DNA of 64,000 bases from Octopus sinensis (GCF_006345805.1 NC_043007.1:69192001-69256000); one strand, 5' to 3'. Positions 11,745 through 26,654 are shown, counted from the first letter of the stretch. The notes: generated by a model not told the origin, from the letters alone. Numbers and translations: made by a program.

Positions 11745-11962
11745 CAGTGCATGTGTGTGAGGTTGTTTGTTCTTCTGCTTAATACAAGAAATAAGTGGAA
11801 CTATGACCTGGCTGGTCTTTCGAATTAAACACATCGCGACATCGCGTCATCATTAAATTTAAGCTAATCGATATCGATTTATATATGAGCTAAATCACAC
11901 ATATCTATATATATATAATGACATAATAATGACATACACAAGTACACACGTGTATGGATACA

Positions 11963-11998
<36 letters not shown>

Positions 11999-12200
11999 TA
12001 TATATTTATACACATATATATATGTGTGGGTGGGTGTGGATGTGGGTGTCTGTGTGTGCGTGTACTGTTATGTGTGTGTATATGTATATATACATATATG
12101 AATATATAAGTGTACATATATTGACGTTCAAATGTACATATGTGTAGAGATATATATGTGTGTGAATGCATGTATACATACATGTATTAATTTATGCATG

Positions 12201-12232
<32 letters not shown>

Positions 12233-12301
12233 ACACACACATGTACACAGGAAGTCACACATATACGGACATATATATGTATATAAATGTGTGTTGTGTG
12301 T

Positions 12302-12355
<54 letters not shown>

Positions 12356-12479
12356 TGTGTGTGTGTGTGTGTGAGTGTGTGTAGACAGTTAGATAGGGAG
12401 ATAAATAGGTACATACATACACACATACATACATACACGTATATATACATCTATAGAAAATAGGTATTGGAATATATGA

Positions 12480-12512
<33 letters not shown>

Positions 12513-12886
12513 TATATATGTGTATGTATCCCTACGTATATACACCTCATAACAGGCTTACACTCCTTCGTACAGTGATGTACGACAAGTCTAAATTATG
12601 AATTACGACATTTTGATATCAATGTACTTGTAACAAGATATGAATATCTCTCAAGTACTTCAATGTTTCATGTATGGTAAAAACATAGCAAAACATACAG
12701 AATGCATTAAACCATAGTTTCCAATTATATTAATGACATCGTCTTATACAGTATTCATATCAAAATTTCTAGTATGATCTCTTAAATGAAGATTAATTAT
12801 TTTTCGCTTTAACTTTTGTGTGATTTTGTATGTGAATATGTATGTATATATATATATTAATATATATATATATATATATGTGTGTG

Positions 12887-12921
<35 letters not shown>

Positions 12922-13783
12922 GTGTGTGTGTGCGCGTGTGTATATGTATATATGTATTTGCATGTAGGTACATATACATATACAAACACATGAATGTATA
13001 CATATATATTATACATATATATATATATGTATATATGTGTGTGTGTATATATATGCACGAGTATGAAAATTATATAAAATAATACCAATATATTTCTCTA
13101 TACATTTATACATATATTACTAATATATATATTATAGTGTGTTGTAATCGATATCTATTTTTATATATATATAATATATATATATATATAATATTATATA
13201 TATATAAGCATGTAATAGATATATATATATATATAAATCCACACACATACACACACACACACACATACATTTGTTTACATCTGTGAGCGTTTGTATGTAT
13301 AAACCTCTGGTATATACATTCGAATATATGTTCACATATATTTGATAATTTTGTATATATCTATATTCATGTGAATATATATATATAGACACACACACAC
13401 ATACTTATACATATATACATATATGCATGTATATATGCGCACCTATATGCATATATTATCTTCTTACGTAAGTTATATGCATGTATATATAAGCACATGC
13501 ATATATATATTTATATACAAATAAACACACATGCATACATTTAATATTGTATGATGGATTTGAATTCCAATTGAAATTTATGTTGTCAAGTTAAATACAT
13601 TCATTTAATTATTTACACACATGTAAAATGTAAACTCACCAACAACGATACGTTTCTGTATTCGTATTCAGGATCAAGCATTTACAAGAATACATTCTCA
13701 CAGAAACACACACAGGCTTACACATATATATACATACATTATAATATATAATATATATATATATATGCAATATTTTTATACAC

Positions 13784-13814
<31 letters not shown>

Positions 13815-13870
13815 ATATACATATATGTATATATATATATATATATATACATCTATATATACTAATATAC

Positions 13871-13956
<86 letters not shown>

Positions 13957-14823
13957 GCAACAAGACTCCGGTAATTTGGTACAATTGTTTCCCACTACAA
14001 CATTTATTAAAAGTTATATATATATATATATATATATATAATGTATATATATATATATATACACTCTCTCTCACACACACACACACAGATACACACACAC
14101 ACACACAGACACATACACACGCTCGCACACACACAGACACATATAAATTCACATACATACATATATATGGTACTTTGGGCAAGTTTCTTCTGCTATAGCC
14201 TCAGACCGACCAAGCCTTCTGAATGGATTAGGAAGACGGAAACTGAAAGAAGCCCGTCATAAATATTTAGGTAGTGCTATTCAGTTAGACATGACCTGGG
14301 CCTATACTGACCGAAACCTACAAAAGTTATCAAAGCCATATGTGTGTGTTTATGTGTGTGTCTGATTTTGTCCCCCACCATCACTTGACAACCGATGGTG
14401 GTGTGTTTATGTCCCCGTAATTCAGCGGTTCTGCAATAGAAACCGATAGAATAAGTACTAGGCTTACAAAGAATTAGTCCTGGGGTTGGTTTGTTCGACT
14501 AAATGCGGTGCTCCAGCATGGCCGCAGTCAAGTGACTAAAACAAATACTAGAATATATATATATATTTGCACTGATGAAAAGTCACTGATCTCGAAAAAG
14601 TGGAAACAAGTAATAAAAAATCTCTGAGCGAGGTATCAACAGTAGATGGTGCATGTATATATAAATGTGCGTGTGTATATGCGAGTATATATATTTATGT
14701 GAGTGTATATATATATGCCTGTGCATAGATCATATATATGTATATATGTGCATATATATGTACGTTATATATATATATATGTATGTATATCTATGTGTTT
14801 GAATATCTATCTCTCTCTCGCAT

Positions 14824-14901
<78 letters not shown>

Positions 14902-14918
14902 TGTATATGTATATATAT

Positions 14919-14964
<46 letters not shown>

Positions 14965-15344
14965 ATACATATATATATAACATAATTTAATATATATGTG
15001 TGCGCATATCTATATGTATTTAATATATGTAATGCGTCTGTGCCTGTGTGCCTGATTGTCTGCGCATTTTTGTGTGCATATGGTTGTGTGCGTGCGTGAC
15101 CGTGTATTTAAGACTGTTAATCCCCCCGAGTTCCCATTTGTTTGTTCTATCCAAAGAGAACCTTGAAGGATGTTTACTTACTGCGATACAGTCATGAGAA
15201 ACAGACTTCAAGGAAAAAAATATTCCTGATCCTGATATCACGGTTCATTGACACCTTTTATATACCAGCCCAAATATAAAGCATTTTGTTTGATGTGTGT
15301 AAGTGCATGTGTAATTAATATATATATATATATTATATATATAT

Positions 15345-15432
<88 letters not shown>

Positions 15433-15490
15433 TAGATAGATAGATAAGATAGATAGATAGATAGATCATAGATAGATAGATAGATATGCA
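11580..15490. repeat. Dense compound microsatellite field: (TA)n, (CA/TG)n, (TACA)n, (GA)n, (GACA)n, (GATA)n
   Basis: Read directly from the sequence. Includes a 5'-truncated family B SINE at about 14170-14550. Confidence 0.95.
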
Positions 15491-16234
15491 TATATATTTG
15501 TATATTTACATATTATAAATATATATTTTATTCTACTCTAAGCACAAGGCACGAAATTTGGGGGGGGGGGCAGTCTATTAGATCAGACCCCAGTACGCAA
15601 CTGGTACTTAATTTGTCCACCCTGAAAGGATGTAAGGCAAAGTCGACCTCGGCAGAATTTGAATTCCGAACGTAAAGACAGACGAATTATAAATATATAT
15701 TATAGGAACAATTATATATTATTTATATATAATAATACATTATATATACAATTATATATTATATATATAATAATACATTATAAATATTAATACACAAACA
15801 TACATTTAATAAACAAACATGCATAATATTATATGTTATTTCTCTTTCTGGGTGTGTATGTGATGATTCTCATGAACATTCAAACAACCCTTATTGAGTA
15901 GCGGTCTTTAACCACGGACCGGTTTCATACCGATAACAAAACGCAAAAATGTGCATGATATGTAAGTTAAGTATCACCCATTGAAACCTATGTGATGGTG
16001 CGTGGTTAAATACTTAAAGGATTTGGCTCGTGAACATAATGCTGGGACCTCTGCCTTAATGTATGTTCCTGTTTTACACCTAAAAATACCCATCTCATCA
16101 AAAGGGTTTCATTGTAACATTCTCTTAATTACGTTAACAATATGTTGAGCCTTACACAATCTCCATTACCAGACCAAAATAAGGGCTCTGTAAATTGGGG
16201 TGGGACAACTGGTACATCGTTCCGGAACCCGGAA

Positions 16235-16267
<33 letters not shown>

Positions 16268-16859
16268 CAATGAAGGGGCCGACTATTTGCTGACTCCTTT
16301 CCTAAAAGAAAGCCCACTAACTTTAAACTTTGAGTGAACGTTCTGGCAGATTTGTTCTCTCAGGGTTTGAAAATTAGTTTTATTCTGCTTTATCAAATTT
16401 CTCTCAGAGGTACTTTCATGTTTATATAATTAATTAACTTATATCTTAATTATAGGTTGTTTTGACTGCTGAATCAGCAACAGAGTTATATACGTTACTT
16501 TGATTGACGTATTATATTCCCTTCATTGGCGCAGTATGGCTGAATGGTCAAGAAGTTTACTTCCCAACTACCAAGCCACGGGTTCATTCTCATGCGTATA
16601 ATCTTAGGCAGATATGGTTTTCTATAGATCCGAGAAGCCCCATACCTAATGAGTGAAATTCTGTAGACAGAAACTGTATAGAAGCTTGTCGAGTGAATTG
16701 TGACTGTAATTCAAAGCAAAAACAAAACTCTTGAAGTTTTTTAGGGAGGCGGATGGCGGGGAGAGGGGGTATTACAAATCTTCATTAAAGCTACAAGGAA
16801 ACCTGAACCTAGGGAATAACTGATACATTAATATTGTCACAAGACCCAATCTTCGGTAA

Positions 16860-17530
16860 TGTAACCATACTAATAATTGTTTCAAATTTTGGAACAACGC
16901 CAGCAATTTTATAGAATCGACTCCAGTGCTCGACTGGTCTTTATTCTATCGACCCTTAAAGGAGGAAAGGCAGATTCAACCTTAGCGGAATTTCAACTCA
17001 GAGCGTAAAGACGGATGGAGTTCTGATAAGAATTTTGCCCTACGTGCTAATAGTTTTGATGGCTTACTGCCTTACAACCATGTTAATAACAAATAAATAA
17101 TCGTTTCTAATACAGGCACAGAGCCAGAAATTTAAGGGAGATTGTTCGTTGATCAAATCATCCCCAGTACTCGACTGATACTTTATTTTATCGGCTACGG
17201 AGGAATGAATGGCAAAGTTAACCTTCGTGTAATTTGGTCTCAGATCATAAAGAGCCAGGAGAGGGCATCTTCCGACGCGCTAACGATTCTACAAACCCAT
17301 TGCCCTTATATATATAAATGATATTAAGCTTACTAAAGGCGGTTATCTAACAGGATCGTTAGCACGCCCGGCAAAATGCATTTCGTCCATCTTTACGTTC
17401 TGAGTTCAAACACCGCCGACGTCGACTTTGCTTTTCATCCTTCCTGGGGACAATGAAGGAAGTACCAGTTAATGGACTTGGCTTCTTCCTCAAAATTGCT
17501 GGTCTTGTGCAAAAATTTCAAACCAATATT
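16860..17530. mobile_element. Cluster of three degenerate family A SINEs (two minus, one plus)
   Basis: Minus copies at about 16860-17075 and 17100-17305, plus copy at about 17335-17530. Confidence 0.75.
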
Positions 17531-18272
17531 AAACTAAGTGTGGCGGTGGTTCTTCGCCATTCGATGGTTTTTCGATCAACATAATTATCTGCTCCTAAAG
17601 CGTTTGTCAATGTGGTTGCTCGGCATGGTAGAAATAACAACCTAATTTCCCGGCTGTTTTCAGGAATTATGAGTTCATTGAATAATGTGTTCATAAATAA
17701 TATGTATTCGAAAACATGGCAGGATGGTCATGGCCAAAATATCTTAGATCAGTGATCGCTCAAAAAGGACAGTAACAACTAAAGAGTTCTTCACACAATA
17801 TTAGTTTCATACATGCACGCACACCTTTATACACATACCCAAATATAGTTTAATTTTGACATGCGGTTTAGGGGTTAAATGAAATGAAAGTGAGTTAACT
17901 AGAATGACAATAGTGACATCCGACAACTTCAAGTAAACAATGTATTTAATATAACCAGCATATAGAACGTGTATGTATTTTTTTGTAAAATGAAATTATT
18001 TTATAATGTATATAGTACATTGAAATGGTGTACATCAACTGGTATTTCTGAAATGCTTACAATGTCATCAGAAGATACTGTACAAGTTAATGCAAGTAGA
18101 CACGACATAAAATTAAAGGATTTTACCAATTTTTTTTTTGATTTTTTTTGTATGTCTTTTGTCTGAAATTATGAGACATCACTCTCGTCCCTTCAGGTCC
18201 ATTTACTTACACGTTTATTTTTTTTTACACCACTAAACTGCATGTTAATCATTGTGCTTCCCCTTCCATATA

Positions 18273-18439
18273 TAGGCGCAGGAGTGGCTGTGTGGTAAGT
18301 AGCTTGCTAACCAACCACATGGTTCCGGGTTCAGTACCACTGCGTGGCATCTTGGGCAAGTGTCTTCTGCTATAGCCCCTGGCCGACCAATGCCTTGTGA
18401 GTGAATTTGGTAGACGGAAACTGAAAGAAGCCTGTCGTA

Positions 18440-18491
<52 letters not shown>

Positions 18492-18716
18492 GTGTTTTGT
18501 GTGTCTGTGTTTGTCCCCCTAGCATTGCTTGACAAACGATGCTGGTGTGTTTACGTCCCCGTCACTTAGCGGTTCGGCAAAAGAGGACCGATAGATAGAA
18601 AAGTACTAGGCTTACAAAGAATAAGTCCCGGGGTCGATTTGCTCGACTAAAGGCGGGCTGCTCCAGCATGGCCGCAGTCAAAATGACTGAAACAATTAAA
18701 AGAGAGTAAAAAGAGA
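18273..18716 (+). mobile_element. SINE family B, young full-length copy
   Basis: Near-identical to the inverted copy at 61993-62425; the two artefactual ORFs they produce share long identical stretches. Confidence 0.9.
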
Positions 18717-19095
18717 ATATATATACAGGTTTGTCTGAGCTTTTCTCATTTTCCACACTCACATCTCTTTCATAAATATGGATGTACAACGACTCGTGCA
18801 TACAAAAGATACTTCAGTTTAATCAGTTCTTTTTTTTTTTTCGTATGAGCTCCTCTCTCTCAGCTCACTAACACAAACACACACCCACACACACACACAC
18901 TCACAAGCACACACACATCCGCGCATACACACACATGCGCGCATACACACACACATGTACGCATACACACACATACAGAGTCACAAGTACAAATATATAC
19001 TGGTAGAAAAAAACAAGAGAGAAAAACATACATTGTAACAGACAGGAGTTTATAAGCACTGAAAAAAACTCATATCTCATTGGGAAAAATGTAAT

Positions 19096-19652
19096 CTAGC
19101 AGTCTCGGTTGGGTGGGATCATACCTTCCGTCTGAGCAAGTATATATATATATTATATATATATATACGCACAAAAGGCTGAATAAAAAGCAATCAGTGT
19201 TTTCTTTTCATTAAAAAATAATTAAGCATGTCTTTATTTCAATAAAAAACTTCCTGAGGAACCAAATAGTCTTTCCTTCCTTCATGCCAAGTTTGAAGAA
19301 AATATCTCTTTTTCATCTTACTTTTTTGGTCTCTTAACTATACTGCATTTTGTGGCATTATTTCAAGCCAGCCGGCTTTTTTGCGCAAACTGCACTTGCA
19401 TTTTTCTTGCGTACGCGTAGTATCGATCGCAACAGCTGATGTACTTGCGCATACAAATGCACGTTCCCACGGCTTTATCAATCGTATTCTCACCTGGAAT
19501 TGATTTTTGTAATTTTCTCAAGACTTATACACGCCCTGATACCGTCAGTATCTATGTATCAAATCAGAGCGCAATCGGATGTAGGGTGCCCGAGATCCTA
19601 GAAGACACACACGCACACAGACCGAACGGATTTTATTTTATATAATAATAGA
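19096..19652 (-). mobile_element. Non-autonomous Helitron-like element (second family)
   Basis: Minus 5' A|TCTATTATTATATAAAATAAAATCCGTTC and 3' ..CCGAGACTGCTAG. The 5' part matches the plus copy at 46127-46310. Confidence 0.6.
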
Positions 19653-20110
19653 TGAAGGACTCTCTTCTTCGAAAACGACGTATCAGCTTTTGCCGAACGA
19701 CCTACACAAATGATTTGTTTATAGTGATCGAATATTCGTGCTGCACACTAATTCCCTTTCTCAATCAAATCGATGTTATCTGAACAGGTGCACTGTGTAC
19801 CATGCGACAAGTATCGAAGTGATCGCAGAGCAGCGTGACATGAAGTGTTTTGCTGAAGAACACAACACACCCCACTCCGCTCTAGGAATTGAAATCACGA
19901 TCGCTTGATCGCGAGTGCAACACCCTACCCATTATGTATATATGTAATTATGTGTGCAGGTGTGTATGTATGTCATATACGTATGTATGTGTGCGTGTGT
20001 GTATGTATTCATGTATGTATGTATGTATGTATGTATGTATGTATAGATATCCACACATATATACATATATATATATGTATATGTATATATGTATATGTAT
20101 GTATATGTGT

Positions 20111-20144
<34 letters not shown>

Positions 20145-20894
20145 AGTGTGTGTGTGTGTGTGGTATACTTCATAATAATGTAACACGCTGACAGAAGTCA
20201 ACAGGCTTTAATGGTATCAGAGATAATTTTTGCATGTATACCTTGAGATATAATAACATGTGGTAAATGAACAAACGCATAGAAGCTCTTAGATGCGCGT
20301 TACGAGTTATTTTTTTTTTTAGTGGGAGAGTTTTTTTAACCCAAACTACACTAAACAAATACCGTATTCTTATGTATAGAATAACTTTGATCTTGCGTTT
20401 TCTCAATCAGGGCTGACCTGGGGCTAAGCAAGAACCACAACAATAACAGCGATAACGAGAACGAGGACACTTTATTATCGTTATCGTCATCAAGACACTG
20501 TGAAACCACATGTAAGCAGTTGGACGGCGCACCGAGTTAATTGTCGGTCGGCAAGAATAAGTTGTAGAATAACATAAGGAGGTTTCTCTCTTTCTCTTCC
20601 CTCCTCTCTCTCTCTCTCTCTCAATCTCTCTCATACACACACACACATTCTCTCTCATTCTCCCGCTCTCTTTTCTCCTCTCTCTACCTCTCTTTCTTCC
20701 TCTCTCTCTCCTGTCTTGATCAGAACCACATGACGACTCAGACTTCTAACTCTTTACTTAATAGTTTCTTCAGACTTCAAAGTCAGCAAATTATAAGAAA
20801 AATTGAATGGATAAATAAATAATCTTGAAACACGAGGAAATATCCATATATACACACATATATATATACATACTTTCATACATATATGTGTGTG

Positions 20895-20950
<56 letters not shown>

Positions 20951-21339
20951 CACGCACACGTACATACATATATATATACACACACACAAACACACACAAA
21001 CACCACACACACACACACACACATACATACATATATATGTGCTTGTATCTGTCTGCGTGTATCTCTTTATGTGTCTGTCCATTTGTGTGATTTTCTGTTT
21101 GTGTATGTGTGTGTATATATGTATGTATGTCACTATTTAATCTTATTTCAAAATTTCTTGCCAATAGAGAAAAAAGCCGGTTTCTAACATAGATCCAAGA
21201 CTCCTTCATTGGAATTTCAACAATATCAACAGAGTATTATTGCATGCATGTGTGTATATGTGTAATATTTGGATTCAGTGCATGTGCAGAGTTGTATAAT
21301 TATGTTTTATGCATGCATATATTTGCACGTCTAGACATG

Positions 21340-22490
21340 CGTGTATATATTTAAATGATAAACACTTGGAAAGTTTTACAGATTTTTACAGTTCCATTGA
21401 TGGCTTGGATCTGTAGCCTTCATATCAGCTTTCTACGTTCTGGTTTTGAGAAGCCTAATTTCTCAAGATTGATATTTAGGCAGTGTGTTACATATCCCAT
21501 TGCGTCAATAATTACAGGTATACACCTGAACTTGTAATCTGGGTAGAGTAACTGTAGTTTTGTCAGTATTTTAGTGTAGGTATTCTCTTTTTCTCTGATC
21601 TTTCGCTTTATGTTAGCATCCGCTGGGCCGCTGATTTCCGAAACTGTACAGAATTTCTCCATTCTGTCCTAAATGCGTTTGTTAGGTCTGTTATGTTTAC
21701 ATTTTATTGGGGTTTTTACTCCCTATTATGACTTCTACCAGACTGTGGTTCTTATTTCTTTGGCCTCGGAGTTATCCCTTCGACAGATCTCATTATACAG
21801 TGTCTTATGTACATCATGTCTCATCGGTAGAAAAAACCACGATGACGTTTTCGGACAATTGCTTATGATGTGGGTGATATCTTCGGTGTAAACTCCGCAA
21901 AGTTTGCATCGGTTATCACATTTTGGTGTTTTTCCTGCGTCTCTGCCCCATTTGTTCATCAGATATTTGGTTGATACTTCCTGTTTGAGGATAGCAAACA
22001 CATACCCTTCAAAGTGGGAGTTATTGGTCCATGATACCAATGTTACTACCATTCCGGATCTTTCTGCTAGCATATTCATGTATCGTCTTACTCACACACA
22101 CACACACACACACACACAACACACACACACACACACACACACACATTCACTTTATGGGCATGCATATCAACACAAACTCAGAGACTTACACGCATATACA
22201 CGCATATACACTATATATATGTAATAATTTACATGTGGAAAATTCTCATAAAGCCCGTACCTAACTCGTCATCAAGAGTTATGCAAATGCTCGTACTCGA
22301 CGCCAATGCGGAATTTCAAAGGTACCGTCCGTTCCATCTAAAGTAAGTAACAGATACTGAAATAGCTTAGGGCTCAAAGGTCCACAGCTCTTCCAAGTTC
22401 TGCCAAAATAATTAAGAAACCTACATAATGGGGATGTAGATGTCTTCAAAAAGGGATTGGATATTCTCGTATCCACGATACTAGACAAGC
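21340..22490 (-). mobile_element. RLE-clade (R4/NeSL-like) LINE fragment interrupted by (CA)n
   Basis: SHFEGYVFAILKQEVSTKYL..CDNRCKLCGVYTEDITHIISNC (CCHC), then KCKHNRP..EISGPAD..IPVII.A.G. Multiple frameshifts. Confidence 0.78.
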
Positions 22491-22902
22491 CAAGGTATGC
22501 AGTACAGATGAGAGCGGCAGTGACAAACTCTCTCGTTTAGCAAATCAGCCCAAAACTGAGAAGAAATCATATGCAGCAGTGATGATATGAAATCCCATCG
22601 TATAGAAAAAAGTCAATCATATAAGAGGACTGTGAAAATGGTATAATTCACGGAGGTGCTCCAGTATCACCGCAGCAATATAAGGAATATAAGAATATAT
22701 ATAGTTCACGGTTAGCAACAGGTGTTGTTGTATATGCGAATTAGGGAATGGAGTAGATAAAATGCGAATTAGGGAATTGAGTAGGTAAAACCATAGCTAG
22801 TGGAACGTCAGAAGTAAATTATATGTAAAGGTAAATTGGATTTTACCTTTACACACACTCACACACACACATATAAATATATATATAAATATATATATAT
22901 GT

Positions 22903-22945
<43 letters not shown>

Positions 22946-22948
<3 letters not shown>

Positions 22949-23822
22949 AGAGAGGGAGAGCGGTGAATAAACTCGTCTAAATTGCGCAAAATTGAAAGTA
23001 ACACTGACATCGCGTTTTAAGATATATTTACGAAAATTACATAAAAATCTCTTGAAATACTAAAGAATAAATTTATTCAATAAAATCGCCATTGGCTTCA
23101 ACTATGGCCTTCAGACGACTTTGAAATCTTCTGTACAGTCTCCTTGTTTAATCTTTGCTACCATAATTCCTGCTTTCAGTTCATCTTGCTGCTGCAAGGA
23201 GTTTTGTTGGTCTCTCGCTCAACTGGGCCCCACACATAATAATCAAGGCGGGTTGCAGACTGGGTAGCTAGGTGACCAGATGTTAGGGGTGATATGGTCG
23301 CAGACATTATCTAACAGACATGAATGGGTTCTCTTGCTTGTGTGGCATGGAGCAGAGTCCTGTTGTCAGACATAGAGTGTTCCATTAGTCACTCTTTTGA
23401 CCCAGGGCTGCACTACCTCCTCCTGGCACTTGATGCAGGCCTCCGTGTTGAGTCTGAGGCCGTGTGGGAAGATGAATGGAGGTATAACTTCGCCATCACT
23501 AGTGATCACTTGAAACACCATGATATTGACTGGGTGCTTCATTTTTATCACTCTCGTACCCGTCCTCACATTGCACTGTCCTTAGATTGACACCCATGCA
23601 CTCTGAAATGTTCACATTGGAACTTCCGACACGAATGCCAAGCAGTACAGTATGTCGTTTCGAACTTTCTGGCAGAGTGAATTGCGTCATGGCGCTGTAT
23701 TTCTCACAGACGGTACCCAGCTGACTCTACTATACTGTGTAGCGGACAACATCAAAAACAACCAATGCGCATGCGCGAAATCAAAGATATAAAATGTCGC
23801 CAATTTACCCGTTCGCACCTAT
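22946..23822 (-). mobile_element. Internally deleted DD37D (maT-type) Tc1/mariner remnant
   Basis: N-terminus MTQFTLPESSKRHTVLLGIR is joined to KHPVNIMV..IFPHGLRLNTEA..QQDSAPCHTS..NP(L)DYYVWG, with 37 residues between the second and third D. A TIR-like end lies at about 23793-23822; the other end is degraded. Confidence 0.82.
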
Positions 23823-23825
23823 ATA

Positions 23826-23875
<50 letters not shown>

Positions 23876-23965
23876 ATGTATATAATGTGTATAATATTTA
23901 TTGTGTAAACATTTCGATATGTACATATATATATATATATATGTGTGTGTGTGTTTGTGTGTGTG

Positions 23966-24002
<37 letters not shown>

Positions 24003-24531
24003 GCACTCGTATATTTGTCAGTTGAGTGGAGATATTAGTCAACTTATACAATTTTATCGATCCATTTCAGCCGGTTTTTGTCAATCGGTTTCGCACTGGT
24101 TATGAAATAATTAGATGACTAAATAACTAATACGTGCTCACTTGGCTTGAACGGAAATAGTTGAGACAGATTTTCTACGGCTGGGTGCTCTTATGTTGAC
24201 AATCTTCACTTGTTTCCAAAGAAAGCAATATTGAGGCGTGTTTTACAGAAGATTGGAGACGAACAACCTAGCTTAGTTGACCGTGGAACTCGTTTACGAC
24301 AATCGTGCGATGTCGAAACAAATACCAACTCACACACACGCATACGTATTTACATTCACTAAATCCATTCGCAGGTATTGGTTTGCCAGGCATCAAGACT
24401 GAGCTCTGAATCAAGTCGTTGAGAAGCCAGCTTCTTAACTGCACAGCCTCTGCCTACCAAATCTGCTGAGTGCCACTTTCTATCGTTGTTCACCTACTCG
24501 CACTTATATATTTGTGTGTGTGTGTGTGTGT

Positions 24532-24582
<51 letters not shown>

Positions 24583-24728
24583 GTGTGCGAATGTGCTGTG
24601 TGTGTTGTCTGTTTTTGTGTATCTACATGCATGTATCCTAAACGGCTCTTGTTACCAAGTTATAATCAACATCTACTTGCGACGGCCAAGATAAGATGTT
24701 TAGAATAGTATTGTGTGGAATGTATTAT

Positions 24729-24828
24729 NNNNNNNNNNNNNNNNNNNNNNNNNNNNNNNNNNNNNNNNNNNNNNNNNNNNNNNNNNNNNNNNNNNNNNNN
24801 NNNNNNNNNNNNNNNNNNNNNNNNNNNN
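24729..24828. other. Assembly gap (100 N)
   Basis: Exactly 100 N, typical of a scaffold gap of unknown size. Distances across it are unreliable. Confidence 0.99.
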
Positions 24829-25050
24829 AATATATACGTGTTTGTATGTGTGCGTGTCCATGTGTCTATATATATATATACATGTATGTATATGTATGAA
24901 TATATGTGTGTATGTATGTTTATATGTATGTGTGCTTGTATGTAAGTACATGCATTAGCGTATTTATACAGCCATGTTTGTTTTGTTTCCTTTTTTGCTG
25001 TTCGTAATGCCGTTATGTTTGTATATGATTATCCACGCAGCTAATTCACA

Positions 25051-25095
<45 letters not shown>

Positions 25096-25358
25096 ACACA
25101 CACACACACATACACACACACACACCAACACAAGTTCTCACAAATATACACACTTCTCCCTCATTTTCTAACTCCTTTCTTGTGTGCGCGTATACCTATA
25201 TATATACATAGATACACACACACACTGCCACATGTATGTATGCATATATTTATGCAGGTATGCATATATACCACCATACACACATATCTATATGCATATA
25301 TACTTAAATATATAGAAGTGCGTGAACATCTCTTTCTTTCTCTCCCTACCGTTTTTGT

Positions 25359-25406
<48 letters not shown>

Positions 25407-25417
25407 ATTATCTATAG

Positions 25418-25449
<32 letters not shown>

Positions 25450-25472
25450 GTCTGTCTGTCTGTCTCTCTATA

Positions 25473-25515
<43 letters not shown>

Positions 25516-25540
25516 ACACATTCACTCACATATATATGTC

Positions 25541-25587
<47 letters not shown>

Positions 25588-25897
25588 GTGAGTGTGTGTG
25601 TGTGTGTGTGTGTGCACAAATACAGGCACAAAAATACAAGTATTCCACTATTTTTATCAACCAAAAGTATTTTTCTGTCTAAGAAGTTAAAAAGTTACCT
25701 ACCACACATATATACTCATATTCATACACGTATATATACACACACTCACCTATATACACAACAATCTACATACCCATACGCTCCGTCACATTATATATAC
25801 ATACACTCATGGCTGTTTAATTTTATGAGAAGTGATTTCGCATGCATTATTATTATCATTATTATCATTATTATTATTATTATTATCATCATCATCA

Positions 25898-25952
<55 letters not shown>

Positions 25953-26153
25953 CATTATTATTATTATTATTATTATTATTTCTCCGTCTTAAGCAAACAT
26001 TTTTACAGTTTCATAAATAATGTTTTATTGGCTAACATCAGTTTATCAAAGTGGAAAAGAAATACGAGTTAGCTACTTAGCAAATTCTCTTCCTCTCCCT
26101 CTTTATATATCTCTCACTTTCTTTCTCTTTCTCTTTTTTCTCTTTCTCTTTTC

Positions 26154-26191
<38 letters not shown>

Positions 26192-26654
26192 CTCTCTCCT
26201 CCTCTCTCTTTCATTTACTATCAACCTCGCGCATGCGCTCATGTACATATGTACTCTATATTTATGTATGTATATGTAAGCATGTGTTAGTATATATATG
26301 TTTATATATAATTGTATTATTTGTATATATATAATATATATATATATTATAATTATATATATATACATATATATATATATTGATATACCATATTGTATAT
26401 ACATATATGTATATATATATAATGGCAATATGTAATGGTAACATACTACCAGTCAGTTAAGAAGAGTCAAAGACACTCAAATATACACACAAACGTTTAG
26501 AGACACGGGGAGGGGATGGGGGGGGGCGTGAGACATCGTGAGAGATAGAGGCAGAAGAAGAGAGAGAAAAAGAGAGAGAGAGGGGGTCAGTGAAGGAGAA
26601 GGAGAGAAAAATATAAAGAGGCATACAGAAAGACACATAGATAGATAGATAATA

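Noticed and set aside
16129-16317. ORF and possible TG|GTAATG donor near a (GA)n tract
   Set aside because: No in-frame ATG or hydrophobic peptide in the frame needed to join the Wnt2 exon.
21176-21212. Hammerhead-like CCAATGA...GAAACCGG on the minus strand
   Set aside because: The core CUGA is mutated to CCAA, stem II does not pair and there is no UH site.
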